Assembly (NCBI RefSeq): GCF_009912395.1
Contig: NZ_WNDO01000020.1
Location: 83,255-107,254 of the forward strand
From: Luteibacter sp.
Lineage (GTDB): Bacteria > Pseudomonadota > Gammaproteobacteria > Xanthomonadales > Rhodanobacteraceae
DNA: 24,000 nucleotides
Direction of reading: 5' to 3'
Both the position numbers and the translations under genes were made by a program. Shown here one piece after another: positions 11,941-19,100 of the stretch (positions within the stretch are counted from its first letter, which is position 1; each line of letters starts with the position of its first letter). The notes beneath the pieces were generated by a model. The model did no database searches. It was given only the letters and a program-made list of their open reading frames with translations, and was not told the DNA's origin.

Positions 11941-12567
11941 TCAGTCCGCCTTCGCGGCAAAGGTGGTTTCCAGCACGCGGATGGCGTTCTCGTTGTTACC
12001 CATACCGCGCGCCGTGATGCGATAGACGTGTCGGTTGGTGCTGGTATAGCCGGTGCCCGTGGCGCCGGTGGCGCCCGATTCGTGCTGCATGCCCGCGTTG
12101 GGCGGCAACTCGAGACCGAGATCTTCGATGATGTAGACCGGATTGTTCTTGAGGCCAAACGTGCCATCACCGGACGCAGCGGTGTAATCCACTGGCTGGT
12201 AGGTGGTGGCACCCGTGGTGACCCACCCCGTCGAACTGCGGAACGTCTGCACCGTCGCATTCGGCGGGTTGGCGGCATAGGCGTAGCAGGACGCAAGGGC
12301 ACCGGTGCCGCAAACCATGCGGGTGGCCGGGTCCGAACTCGCCCGCCACAGGCGCCACTCGGCGCCACGCAACGCGGATTCCGCGCTCCACTCCGCCAAC
12401 TGCGAATTGCGCAGTCCGCCAGCGAGCTTCTGCTGCAAGAGCGACGTTCCCGACGCGCTGATCGCCAGGATGGTGATCAACAGCAGGAAGATGAGCGCGG
12501 TGATCAACACGACGCCCCGCTGGCGGCGCGACGGAAGGAGATGCCTGGGAAGGTAACGATGATTCAT
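11941..12567 (-). CDS. pilX: Type IV pilus minor pilin PilX-like
   Basis: N-terminus RRQRGVVLITALIFLLLITILAISASGTSLLQQKLAG is the PilX N-terminal domain pattern. It sits between pilW and pilY1. Its stop is 4 nt before the pilY1 ATG. Confidence 0.8.
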   Translation of the reverse strand: MNHRYLPRHLLPSRRQRGVVLITALIFLLLITILAISASGTSLLQQKLAGGLRNSQLAEWSAESALRGAEWRLWRASSDPATRMVCGTGALASCYAYAANPPNATVQTFRSSTGWVTTGATTYQPVDYTAASGDGTFGLKNNPVYIIEDLGLELPPNAGMQHESGATGATGTGYTSTNRHVYRITARGMGNNENAIRVLETTFAAKAD

Positions 12568-12585
12568 GGCGTGATCGCTCGCCGC

Positions 12586-13926
12586 TTACGGGTTGTAGTT
12601 GCGCATCATCACCACCGTGCTGAACTGGCGGCGAATCATGGGTAGGGCAAAGCCCTGCGTCGCGGGCGAGATCCCCCCGGTTCCCCGCTGGTCGGGGGCG
12701 ACCGGCGTGGTGTTGCCCTCCGGGGAGTAGGCATAGGCGAGGTCGGGGCCCTGCAAGGTGTAGAGAGGGGTCTGGCCGTCCATCAGGATGTTCACCTCGA
12801 TGGTCTTCAGGGCGCGCCACAGGCATCCCATGTCCGTGGCCGTGGCACCCTGGGCCCCCGACGGGCATGGAATCGTGGCGCCCGCGCGCGAGTCGACATC
12901 GGCCGCGGACAGATAGTGCAACAGGCCATTCTGGTCTTCGACGCCGTAACGGAAGTCGAGACGTTCGACGCCACGGACGATTTCCTGGCAGGTCGCGCCG
13001 ATGCCACTGTCGCAGCGCATCAGGGCACCGGTCTTGATGCCGGTCGCCGTACCGTCGTCGCTCACAACCTGAAGGAAGTAGGTGACGGTACGAAAATCGG
13101 TGCTCAGACGAAACAGGCGCGGCGCCGATTGCGGCTTCAGCGCCCGCGGCGCGCTGAAATTGACCTTGTTGTCGCCTGGCACGAGGTTGTTGCTGCCGGT
13201 GGTCTGGAATATCTGTGCGGTGGAGCAATCGGCAAGCATGACGAGATCGCCGTCCTGGATACCGGTAGGGCTAAGTTCGCCCACCGAGGGCGAGGTATTA
13301 GGTACCAGGGTGATGTGATCGATCGTGCCATCGTTCTTCGGCACGATGACGCTGTTGCCGCCGATGGCCCAGCCGCGAGCGGAGTCCACATAGCGCATCT
13401 GGAACACCGCGCCGCCCATCACTCGCGACCCGACGTCGGTGCCCATCACCGGCACGCCCATGGCAGCGGTGGGCGGGCTGGAGGGCGTGCACGCGGCCAC
13501 CGTGCAATCGAATCCGCGCATGAAGAAGAACGAAGGCAGGTTGTAGGCGGCCGTTGGCTTGACCGGATACGGAGTGCCCCACGGAGTGGTGTTCTGCGGG
13601 AAGGTCAGGTTCATGGCCAGCACGCGAGGGGTACGCAGTGAATCGAGCGCGACGCCGCTGGTGGCCGCAAGGTTGGCGATACCTCCCGTGCTACTGCAGT
13701 ACTGTGCGCCGGCCATCTTCAGGTCGGCACTGATCCGGTTGATCGCATAGCGCCCCTCCTCCTGCAGACGGGCCATCTGGTTCTGCGCCCGATTGCTTGA
13801 CGAGGTGGACAGGAACAGGGTCACGATGCCCCCGGCGACGATAAGACCCAGCACCAGGGCGACCATGAGTTCGATCAAGGTCACGCCGCGCTGGCGGCGG
13901 TCGGTGGAAAGACGCGCCAGGATCAT
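12586..13926 (-). CDS. pilW: Type IV pilus assembly protein PilW (minor pilin), 446 aa
   Basis: MILARLSTDRRQRG|VTLIELMVALVLGLIVAGGIVTLFLSTSSSNRAQ. Its ATG overlaps the pilV stop (ATGA at 13923-13926). The upstream 106 codons of the ORF-track entry overlap pilV and are not used. Confidence 0.85.
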   Translation of the reverse strand: MILARLSTDRRQRGVTLIELMVALVLGLIVAGGIVTLFLSTSSSNRAQNQMARLQEEGRYAINRISADLKMAGAQYCSSTGGIANLAATSGVALDSLRTPRVLAMNLTFPQNTTPWGTPYPVKPTAAYNLPSFFFMRGFDCTVAACTPSSPPTAAMGVPVMGTDVGSRVMGGAVFQMRYVDSARGWAIGGNSVIVPKNDGTIDHITLVPNTSPSVGELSPTGIQDGDLVMLADCSTAQIFQTTGSNNLVPGDNKVNFSAPRALKPQSAPRLFRLSTDFRTVTYFLQVVSDDGTATGIKTGALMRCDSGIGATCQEIVRGVERLDFRYGVEDQNGLLHYLSAADVDSRAGATIPCPSGAQGATATDMGCLWRALKTIEVNILMDGQTPLYTLQGPDLAYAYSPEGNTTPVAPDQRGTGGISPATQGFALPMIRRQFSTVVMMRNYNP

Positions 13927-14453
13927 GGTTCGAACACCCAGGTGAAGGATTGCAGGTTGCTGGACGTCGTCTTGTCGTCCCCGCCGGTGAAGCCACGCTC
14001 CGCCCAGGTAATCGACATCGTGCAGGTACCGCTGTAGGGCGGCCGCATGGCGTACTGGCCGGTCGGGTCGAAGCCGCTGGCCTTGACGCAGCTGATGGAT
14101 GTCGTGCCGACGGCCGGCAACTGCTGACTCCACAGGATCTGGTCGCGCAGCGCTACGTCGGCCGGTTTGCAGCCGTTGGCCGCGTCGCAGGCAGGAGCGT
14201 TTCCGGTGATCGGATACTTGGCGCTGTCGTAGCTGGCGTTCCACAAACCGACAGGGTTCGCCCGCATGCGGTCGACCATATTGTTAGCCAGGAAGGTCAC
14301 CTGCGTCCGCACGTAGGCTGTGGTGTTGGCGCGGGTGGCGGTGATCATCAGCCCACCCAGGCCGATCAGGCCGATCGTGAAGATCAGCACCGCGACCAGC
14401 ACCTCGATGAGCGACACGCCACGCTGGACGCGCGGCGACGGAATGCGATTCAC
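13923..14453 (-). CDS. pilV: Type IV pilus modification/minor pilin protein PilV
   Basis: MNRIPSPRVQRG|VSLIEVLVAVLIFTIGLIGLGGLMITATRAN is the PilV N-terminus. GTG start at 14453, with GGGGGA 6 nt upstream. First gene of the operon. Confidence 0.85.
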   Translation of the reverse strand: MNRIPSPRVQRGVSLIEVLVAVLIFTIGLIGLGGLMITATRANTTAYVRTQVTFLANNMVDRMRANPVGLWNASYDSAKYPITGNAPACDAANGCKPADVALRDQILWSQQLPAVGTTSISCVKASGFDPTGQYAMRPPYSGTCTMSITWAERGFTGGDDKTTSSNLQSFTWVFEP

Positions 14454-14681
14454 CCTGGATCCCCCAAAGCCATACGTTTGAGCGACACGTTAACTGAACG
14501 AGGATCGCTCTCCGAGCCTGGGCCGACGTGCAGTCAGATTCCTCCGACAAGCGGCACGGCGGCCCATCGGAGCCGCCCGCGGCGGCGCCGGGCTGAACGC
14601 CGACACCCGGACGTAGCCTCGGGATAACAAAGCGGTCACGCAGCGCCAGCCAAAATACGCAGGCTACGAAGGAGTCGTTCC

Positions 14682-14942
14682 GTGCTCGCGCAATATGTCT
14701 ACACCGCCGCCGAAGTGTTGATCCGCATCGTCCGCCATGGCCACCGCTGGCGGGCCCTGCAGGGCGAACGCGAGGTCGGCCGCTACGAGACCCCCGAGGA
14801 CGCCGTCCGCGGCCTGCGCGAGGCCATGCCGGCCCAGCGTATTCCGCGTCGACTGGGCGACTGGCGCTTCATCCCCGCCGCCCCGCTCGGTCACCTCTCA
14901 CCGCCCAGCCCGGCCGCCATGGCTCGACTGGCATCCGCCTGA
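14682..14942 (+). CDS. Hypothetical small protein (86 aa)
   Basis: GTG start preceded by GAAGGAG with 7-nt spacing. Third-position GC is strongly high. I recognise no family. Confidence 0.45.
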   Translation: MLAQYVYTAAEVLIRIVRHGHRWRALQGEREVGRYETPEDAVRGLREAMPAQRIPRRLGDWRFIPAAPLGHLSPPSPAAMARLASA

Positions 14943-15137
14943 CCCGCAGGTCCGAAGGCGCGCGTCCACCGCGCGCTTGGCCTGGGCGAGGATGTCGCTC
15001 AGTTCATCGCGGTTCCTGATCGCCCCATTGGCGTCACGAACGGCCACCGATTCCACTTCCACGTCTTGGAGCACGAGCGTGTAGCCGCTCTCGCTGCAGA
15101 GGATGTCGTATCCCCTGTAGTGCACTGGCGTTTCCAT
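14898..15137 (-). CDS. Hypothetical small protein (79 aa), convergent with and overlapping the previous ORF by 45 nt
   Basis: METPVHYRGYDILCSESGYTLVLQDVEVESVAVRDANGAIRNRDELSDILAQAKRAVDARL... GC3 is high and the SD is weak. Start chosen at ATG 15137. The longer ORF to 15278 is Arg-rich. Confidence 0.35.
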   Translation of the reverse strand: METPVHYRGYDILCSESGYTLVLQDVEVESVAVRDANGAIRNRDELSDILAQAKRAVDARLRTCGSGGCQSSHGGRAGR

Positions 15138-15318
15138 GATGTCATCCCGCGGTCGTTGGGCGACCGAATGAATTTCCGGCCGCCGATCGTTCAGGTGGGT
15201 GCCGATGCGTCCCCTCGCCATCGTGTGTCGCACCCGCCCCATGAAGATCGTGTATGCATTTCCGGCGATCGGCAGCAATACTGCGACAAATTGCCGTTTT
15301 AGCGCATTGTCTGTCGCA

Positions 15319-15879
15319 TCAACGGGAGGACGAGCGCCACTCCCGCGCCAACATGGCGAAAATCATGTCATCGACCCATTCCCCGCGGAAGAAGTAGCTT
15401 TCGACATGATGGGCCTCCTGACGAAACCCCAGGGACCGCAGCAGCGCGATGCTGGCCACGTTGCGCGGATCGACCGAGCCGACCGCACGGCGATATCCCC
15501 AGTCACCGAACGCGGCGTCGAGCATGGCGCTCATCGCCTCGCGCGCGTAGCCCCGCCCCTGCCGGTCGGGACGCAGGGAGACACCGAACTCGATCGCGTC
15601 ATCGGTACTCGCGGGGAAATGCACGCCGAGGTCACCCAGCAACTCGCCGGTTTCCCTGTCGCGTACGGCGAGCTGCGCCCAGCTGTCGGGCTCCCGGAAG
15701 CCTAGCGAGGACTGCTCCGCGATGAACCGTTCCGCCTCGGCGATATCGGCCGGACGCCAGCCCTGGTATCGGGCGACCGCATCGTCACCCCGATACGCGA
15801 AGAGCGTGTGCGCGTCGTCGGGTACGAGGGCGTCGAGATGAAGTCGGGTCGTGCGGAAAGTGTCTCGCGTTGCGTCCAT
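15319..15879 (-). CDS. GNAT-family N-acetyltransferase (RimJ/RimL-like), 186 aa
   Basis: LRPDRQGRGYAREAMSAMLDAAF (acetyl-CoA motif A, Q/RxxGxG/A) and VDPRNVASIALLRSLGFRQE. AAAGG lies 7 nt upstream of ATG 15879. Confidence 0.88.
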   Translation of the reverse strand: MDATRDTFRTTRLHLDALVPDDAHTLFAYRGDDAVARYQGWRPADIAEAERFIAEQSSLGFREPDSWAQLAVRDRETGELLGDLGVHFPASTDDAIEFGVSLRPDRQGRGYAREAMSAMLDAAFGDWGYRRAVGSVDPRNVASIALLRSLGFRQEAHHVESYFFRGEWVDDMIFAMLAREWRSSSR

Positions 15880-16042
15880 GTGCAAGCCTTTGGCCGAAAG
15901 CGCTGAAATTAGCACTTACCTGCCGGCCCGCGATATGCGTCGTATCTCTTTACGCAACCGTTACCCGGAAAGCGCCCCATGCGGGCAGCTTTTTTACGGG
16001 ACGCCCCCGGATACTGGACTCCCTTCCCCACGAGTCGCCCCG

Positions 16043-16477
16043 ATGTCGATCGTCGTCATCACCGGTCCATGCCAAACCCACCCCTCCCACCTCGCCGAGG
16101 GCGCCATGTGGCGGTTGTGGGAGCGCGCGCAGGCGGCCGGCGTGGACTTGCTCTGGCGTCCGTGCAACGACTTCATCGAACTGACCGGTCACCTGGATCG
16201 CTCGCCCATCGACCACGCCGAACTGGTGCTGCTGGATGTGGATGCCGCCGATGTTCCCGAAGCCGAAGTGGTACCGCTTCGCCGGGCGCTGGCCGCACTC
16301 GACGTCCCCTACATCGAGATCCACGACGGCAGCGACGAGACCGATGCCTCGATGCTTGCTCCAGGACACCCCTCGCTGGTCAGCGTAGTGGTGCCGGGTA
16401 ACGCCATGGCCGGTTACGACATGGCGCTGTCCATCGGCCTGCGCTACCTCGGCGCCCAGACCCGCATGGCTGCCTGA
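16043..16477 (+). CDS. Type II 3-dehydroquinase (AroQ)-fold-like protein with degenerate catalytic motifs, 144 aa
   Basis: By-eye colinearity with AroQ: IVVITGP vs LVLNGPN, PCNDFIELTGHL vs QSNxEGelid, VPYIEIHDGS vs PxiEVHlSN, VPGNAMAGYDMAL vs GfGxxgYxlAL. The NPGAxTHTS and RExFR motifs are absent. The start is uncertain because the SD is weak. Confidence 0.55.
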   Translation: MSIVVITGPCQTHPSHLAEGAMWRLWERAQAAGVDLLWRPCNDFIELTGHLDRSPIDHAELVLLDVDAADVPEAEVVPLRRALAALDVPYIEIHDGSDETDASMLAPGHPSLVSVVVPGNAMAGYDMALSIGLRYLGAQTRMAA

Positions 16478-16496
16478 CCGACGTCAGGCCTTTTCC
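16472..16496 (+). terminator. Hairpin spanning both convergent stop codons (AroQ-like / tetR)
   Basis: GCCTGAC (16472-16478), loop CGAC, GTCAGGC (16483-16489), followed by CTTTTCC on the plus strand. There is no T run on the minus strand. Confidence 0.45.
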
Positions 16497-17134
16497 TGGC
16501 GACGCCGCATCGCGGCTTCCGCCCCATCCACCAGCAGCGTTACCGCGCTGGTGAATGCCTCCTCCGGATCCGCTTCGCTGACCGATACCCACCCCGCGCT
16601 GAGCAAGGGGTGGTTGGTCGCGTCCGGCATGTCGGCCGAGACGACACGCGTTGGCTCGGCCTGTTCTTCCAGCACCCAGCCGACCACGAAACGCCCGGTC
16701 GCCATCATCAGACGCACGGCTTCTTCAGCCTCGAAACCTGCCGCTCGCAAGAAGACCATCTTGGCCTCGATACCGCTGAAGTCACCGGGTCGGGGGCGGG
16801 TACCCGCATGAAGGCGGGCACCATCGCGATAGGCCAGCAGCGACCGCCTGAAACTCAGCGCATTGGCCAGGAACCACGTCCGCCAGTCGGTGCCGGATGT
16901 CGGCGGCGGCGAATCGTGATGCTCGCGCCCTATCCGCTCGGCCATGGCCTCGAGCAAGGCCTCCTTGCTGGGAAAGTGCCAGTAGAGGCTGGGTGAGCGC
17001 ACCCCGAGATACTCGGCAAGCCGACGCGTGGTGAGTGCGTCGATACCGATATCGTCGAGCAGAACCAGTGCTCCGCTCAGAACATCGTCCTTGCTGAGTC
17101 GCCGGGCGGGACGGGAGGTTTTGGTGTCAGCCAT
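16484..17134 (-). CDS. tetR: Tetracycline-repressor-type TetR (true TetR subfamily), 216 aa
   Basis: LTTRRLAEYLGVRSPSLYWHFPSKEALLEAMAERIGREHH and WRTWFLANALSFRRSLLAYRDGARLHAGTRP closely parallel TetR(B/D) [40 protein letters not shown] and [28 protein letters not shown]. It is divergent from a TetA-like pump. Confidence 0.92.
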   Translation of the reverse strand: MADTKTSRPARRLSKDDVLSGALVLLDDIGIDALTTRRLAEYLGVRSPSLYWHFPSKEALLEAMAERIGREHHDSPPPTSGTDWRTWFLANALSFRRSLLAYRDGARLHAGTRPRPGDFSGIEAKMVFLRAAGFEAEEAVRLMMATGRFVVGWVLEEQAEPTRVVSADMPDATNHPLLSAGWVSVSEADPEEAFTSAVTLLVDGAEAAMRRRQEKA

Positions 17135-17153
17135 ACCCTATCGATGATAGATA
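17135..17153. promoter_or_regulatory. tetO-like operator a: ACCCTATCGATGATAGATA
   Basis: Palindromic core CTATC-GAT-GATAG. Compare Tn10 tetO TCCCTATCAGTGATAGAGA. It directly abuts the tetR ATG (17134). Confidence 0.8.
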
Positions 17154-17170
17154 AAGTATGCCATGCTGTC

Positions 17171-17189
17171 TCCCTATCATTGATAGATA
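17171..17189. promoter_or_regulatory. tetO-like operator b: TCCCTATCATTGATAGATA
   Basis: Palindromic core CTATC-ATT-GATAG. It lies 5 nt upstream of the tetA ATG (17195). The centre-to-centre distance to operator a is 36 bp. Confidence 0.8.
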
Positions 17190-17194
17190 ACCGT

Positions 17195-18406
17195 ATGCGC
17201 CTCGCCATTCCCGTCATCCTCATCGCGATCCTGCTCGATGCCGTCGGGCTGGGTCTCATCATGCCGATCCTTCCCGGGCTGCTGCGGACCCTGGCACCTC
17301 CTGGCACGCAGACCTTTCACTACGGCGGGCTGCTGGCCGCCTACGCGCTGATGCAGTTCCTGTGCGCCCCGATCCTCGGGGCGCTGAGTGACCGCTTTGG
17401 CCGGCGCCCCATCTTGCTGCTGTCGATGATTGGCGCGGCCGCAGACTATGTGTTGATGGCCGTCGCCCCCTCCCTCGCCTGGCTGTATGTGGGACGCCTG
17501 ATCTCGGGGGCCACCGGCGCGAACATGGCCGTCGCCACCGCCTCGCTCACCGACCTGACGCCCCCGGAAGGACGTGCGCGCCGTTACGGCCAGCTGGGTG
17601 CGATGTTCGGCCTGGGCTTCATCGCCGGCCCCGTGCTGGGTGGCCTGCTCGGCGACTGGCACCTGCGCGCCCCGTTCGTCGCTGCCGCGATCCTCAATGG
17701 CGCGAATGCATTGCTGGCCCTGATCTTCCTGCCCGAATCCCGGGCGGCTGACGATCGCCCGGCGCTCTCGCTGAAAGCCGTCAATCCGTTCACCGCCCTG
17801 CACCGCCTTTCAGGTGGTCCCCGCCTGCTTCCGCTGGCCTGCGTGTTCGCCCTGATCAGCTTCGTGTCGCAAATACCCGGCACGCTCTGGATCCTCTACG
17901 GCCAGGATCGCCTCGCCTGGTCCCTGTCGGTGGCCGGATTGTCGCTTGCGGCGTACGGTGCCTGTCATGCCATGGCCCAGGCCGTCCTTACCGGTGCCGC
18001 GGTGAAGCGGCTTGGCGAGGCGGCCGCGCTGCTCGCCGGACTGGCTGCGGAAATCGTCGGCATGCTGCTCATGTCGATCGCGACACGTTCGTGGATTCCC
18101 TTCCTTGCGCTGCCGCTGTTTGCCGCCGGCGGCATGGCGATGCCCGCCCTGCAGGCACTGCTGTCACGCGAGGTAGACGACGCCAGGCAAGGAGAACTGC
18201 AAGGCGTGCTCGCCAGCGTCATCAGCCTGACGGGCATCGTGGGGCCATTGCTCGTCAGCGCCGTCTACGGGTGGTCACGCGGATGGTGGCCGGGCGCGAT
18301 CTGGGCGTTCGGCGCGATGTTCTACCTCCTGGTGTGGCCACTGCTCGCCTGGCGAGCACGAAGCACGCCGAACCCCGCGATGGCAGGCGCTCAGGGGGAG
18401 CGATAG
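17195..18406 (+). CDS. tetA: MFS tetracycline/H+ antiporter TetA-like (12-TM class), 403 aa
   Basis: MRLAIPVILIAILLDAVGLGLIMPILPGLLR ... YALMQFLCAPILGALSDRFGRRPILLLS ... GFIAGPVLGGLLG ... FLPES closely parallels TetA(A/B/G) (LDAVGIGLIMPVLPGLLR, GALSDRFGRRP). The ORF-track start at 17144 lies inside operator a and is rejected. Confidence 0.92.
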   Translation: MRLAIPVILIAILLDAVGLGLIMPILPGLLRTLAPPGTQTFHYGGLLAAYALMQFLCAPILGALSDRFGRRPILLLSMIGAAADYVLMAVAPSLAWLYVGRLISGATGANMAVATASLTDLTPPEGRARRYGQLGAMFGLGFIAGPVLGGLLGDWHLRAPFVAAAILNGANALLALIFLPESRAADDRPALSLKAVNPFTALHRLSGGPRLLPLACVFALISFVSQIPGTLWILYGQDRLAWSLSVAGLSLAAYGACHAMAQAVLTGAAVKRLGEAAALLAGLAAEIVGMLLMSIATRSWIPFLALPLFAAGGMAMPALQALLSREVDDARQGELQGVLASVISLTGIVGPLLVSAVYGWSRGWWPGAIWAFGAMFYLLVWPLLAWRARSTPNPAMAGAQGER

Positions 18407-18633
18407 GCCTCCAGGCTTGCGACTCGCGCGCAGACATCGTCGGCCACGTCGTCGAGCGACGCCGAACTTCCCAGCATCTCTCCCGCAGGCAAGCCGGTAC
18501 CCGGAAAGATGGCGTGCCAGACGGCACGCGAAGCGTCTTCGTCCTTCCCCGCGGTGACGGCAGCGAAGACGGAGCGCCCTGCCCGATCCTTGCAGCGAAG
18601 CCAGAGACGCACGGGTTTGGGCAAGGAATGCAT
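18391..18633 (-). CDS. Hypothetical small protein (80 aa); its 3' end overlaps the tetA 3' end by 16 nt
   Basis: ATG 18633 is preceded by GAGG (10 nt) and lies 11 nt after the upstream HTH gene stop. GC3 is high. I recognise no family. Confidence 0.4.
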   Translation of the reverse strand: MHSLPKPVRLWLRCKDRAGRSVFAAVTAGKDEDASRAVWHAIFPGTGLPAGEMLGSSASLDDVADDVCARVASLEAYRSP

Positions 18634-18644
18634 ATCCACGGACC

Positions 18645-18935
18645 TCAAAGACTCGATTCGTCGTCCAGCCATCCATGGCGCAGATTCATCGCCCACTCGA
18701 TGTCACGCGCCATACGGTCGTCGATATCGGCTCCTTCGATGATCTCGGCCAGATCGAAGGGATGGATGCCCAGCGAAAGAGCCTGCGCGCCGATGCTGGA
18801 AGCGCCCTCCCGGCGCAGCTCGTCCAGGATCACCCCAAGCCTGGCGCGGCGGAGCAATGGGAGATCCTCGTGATGGAAGGGTTTGGTCACCTGTCCGAGT
18901 CCCCCTTGCGCTGGCTCGTTCAGGTGATAACGCAA
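18645..18935 (-). CDS. Small HTH (XRE/phage-repressor-like) protein; start uncertain (TTG 18935 or GTG 18890)
   Basis: The C-terminal part IGAQALSLGIHPFDLAEIIEGADIDDRMARDIEWAMNLRHGWLDDE resembles the HTH plus the xxLExALxLxxGWLD ending of CI/XRE-type N-terminal domains. Confidence 0.5.
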   Translation of the reverse strand: MRYHLNEPAQGGLGQVTKPFHHEDLPLLRRARLGVILDELRREGASSIGAQALSLGIHPFDLAEIIEGADIDDRMARDIEWAMNLRHGWLDDESSL

Positions 18936-19100
18936 TCGGGAGAAAACCCCCTACGTCTCCAGGCCCAAAGAGCTGAACACTTACTGATGCCCGACGACCT
19001 TGTAGGAATGCCCCTACATGAATTCGGGAAGTGCCTGTCTAAGATGCCCCTGTCGCGACAGCTTCACGCGACATTGACAAAAGACAGGAACAGGGAATTC

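Noticed and set aside
11784-12368. 194-aa minus-strand ORF as an independent gene.
   Set aside because: Its first 144 codons overlap pilX out of frame and are Arg/Pro-rich. Only the last 50 codons (from ATG 11936) make sense, as the detached PilY1 signal peptide.
14454-14681. AlgR-type (CCGTTCGTC-like) or sigma54 (TGGCAC-N5-TTGC) sites upstream of pilV.
   Set aside because: Only partial matches were found, such as CCGTGCCGC on the minus strand near 14555. These are not better than expected by chance in GC-rich DNA, and no clear -35/-10 pair is present either. No call is made.
17144-17194. Longer tetA start (MIDKVCHAVSLSLIDNR...).
   Set aside because: The start codon lies inside tetO-like operator a and the extra residues are encoded by the operators themselves. 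Homology to TetA N-termini begins at MRLAIPVILIAILLDAVG (ATG 17195).
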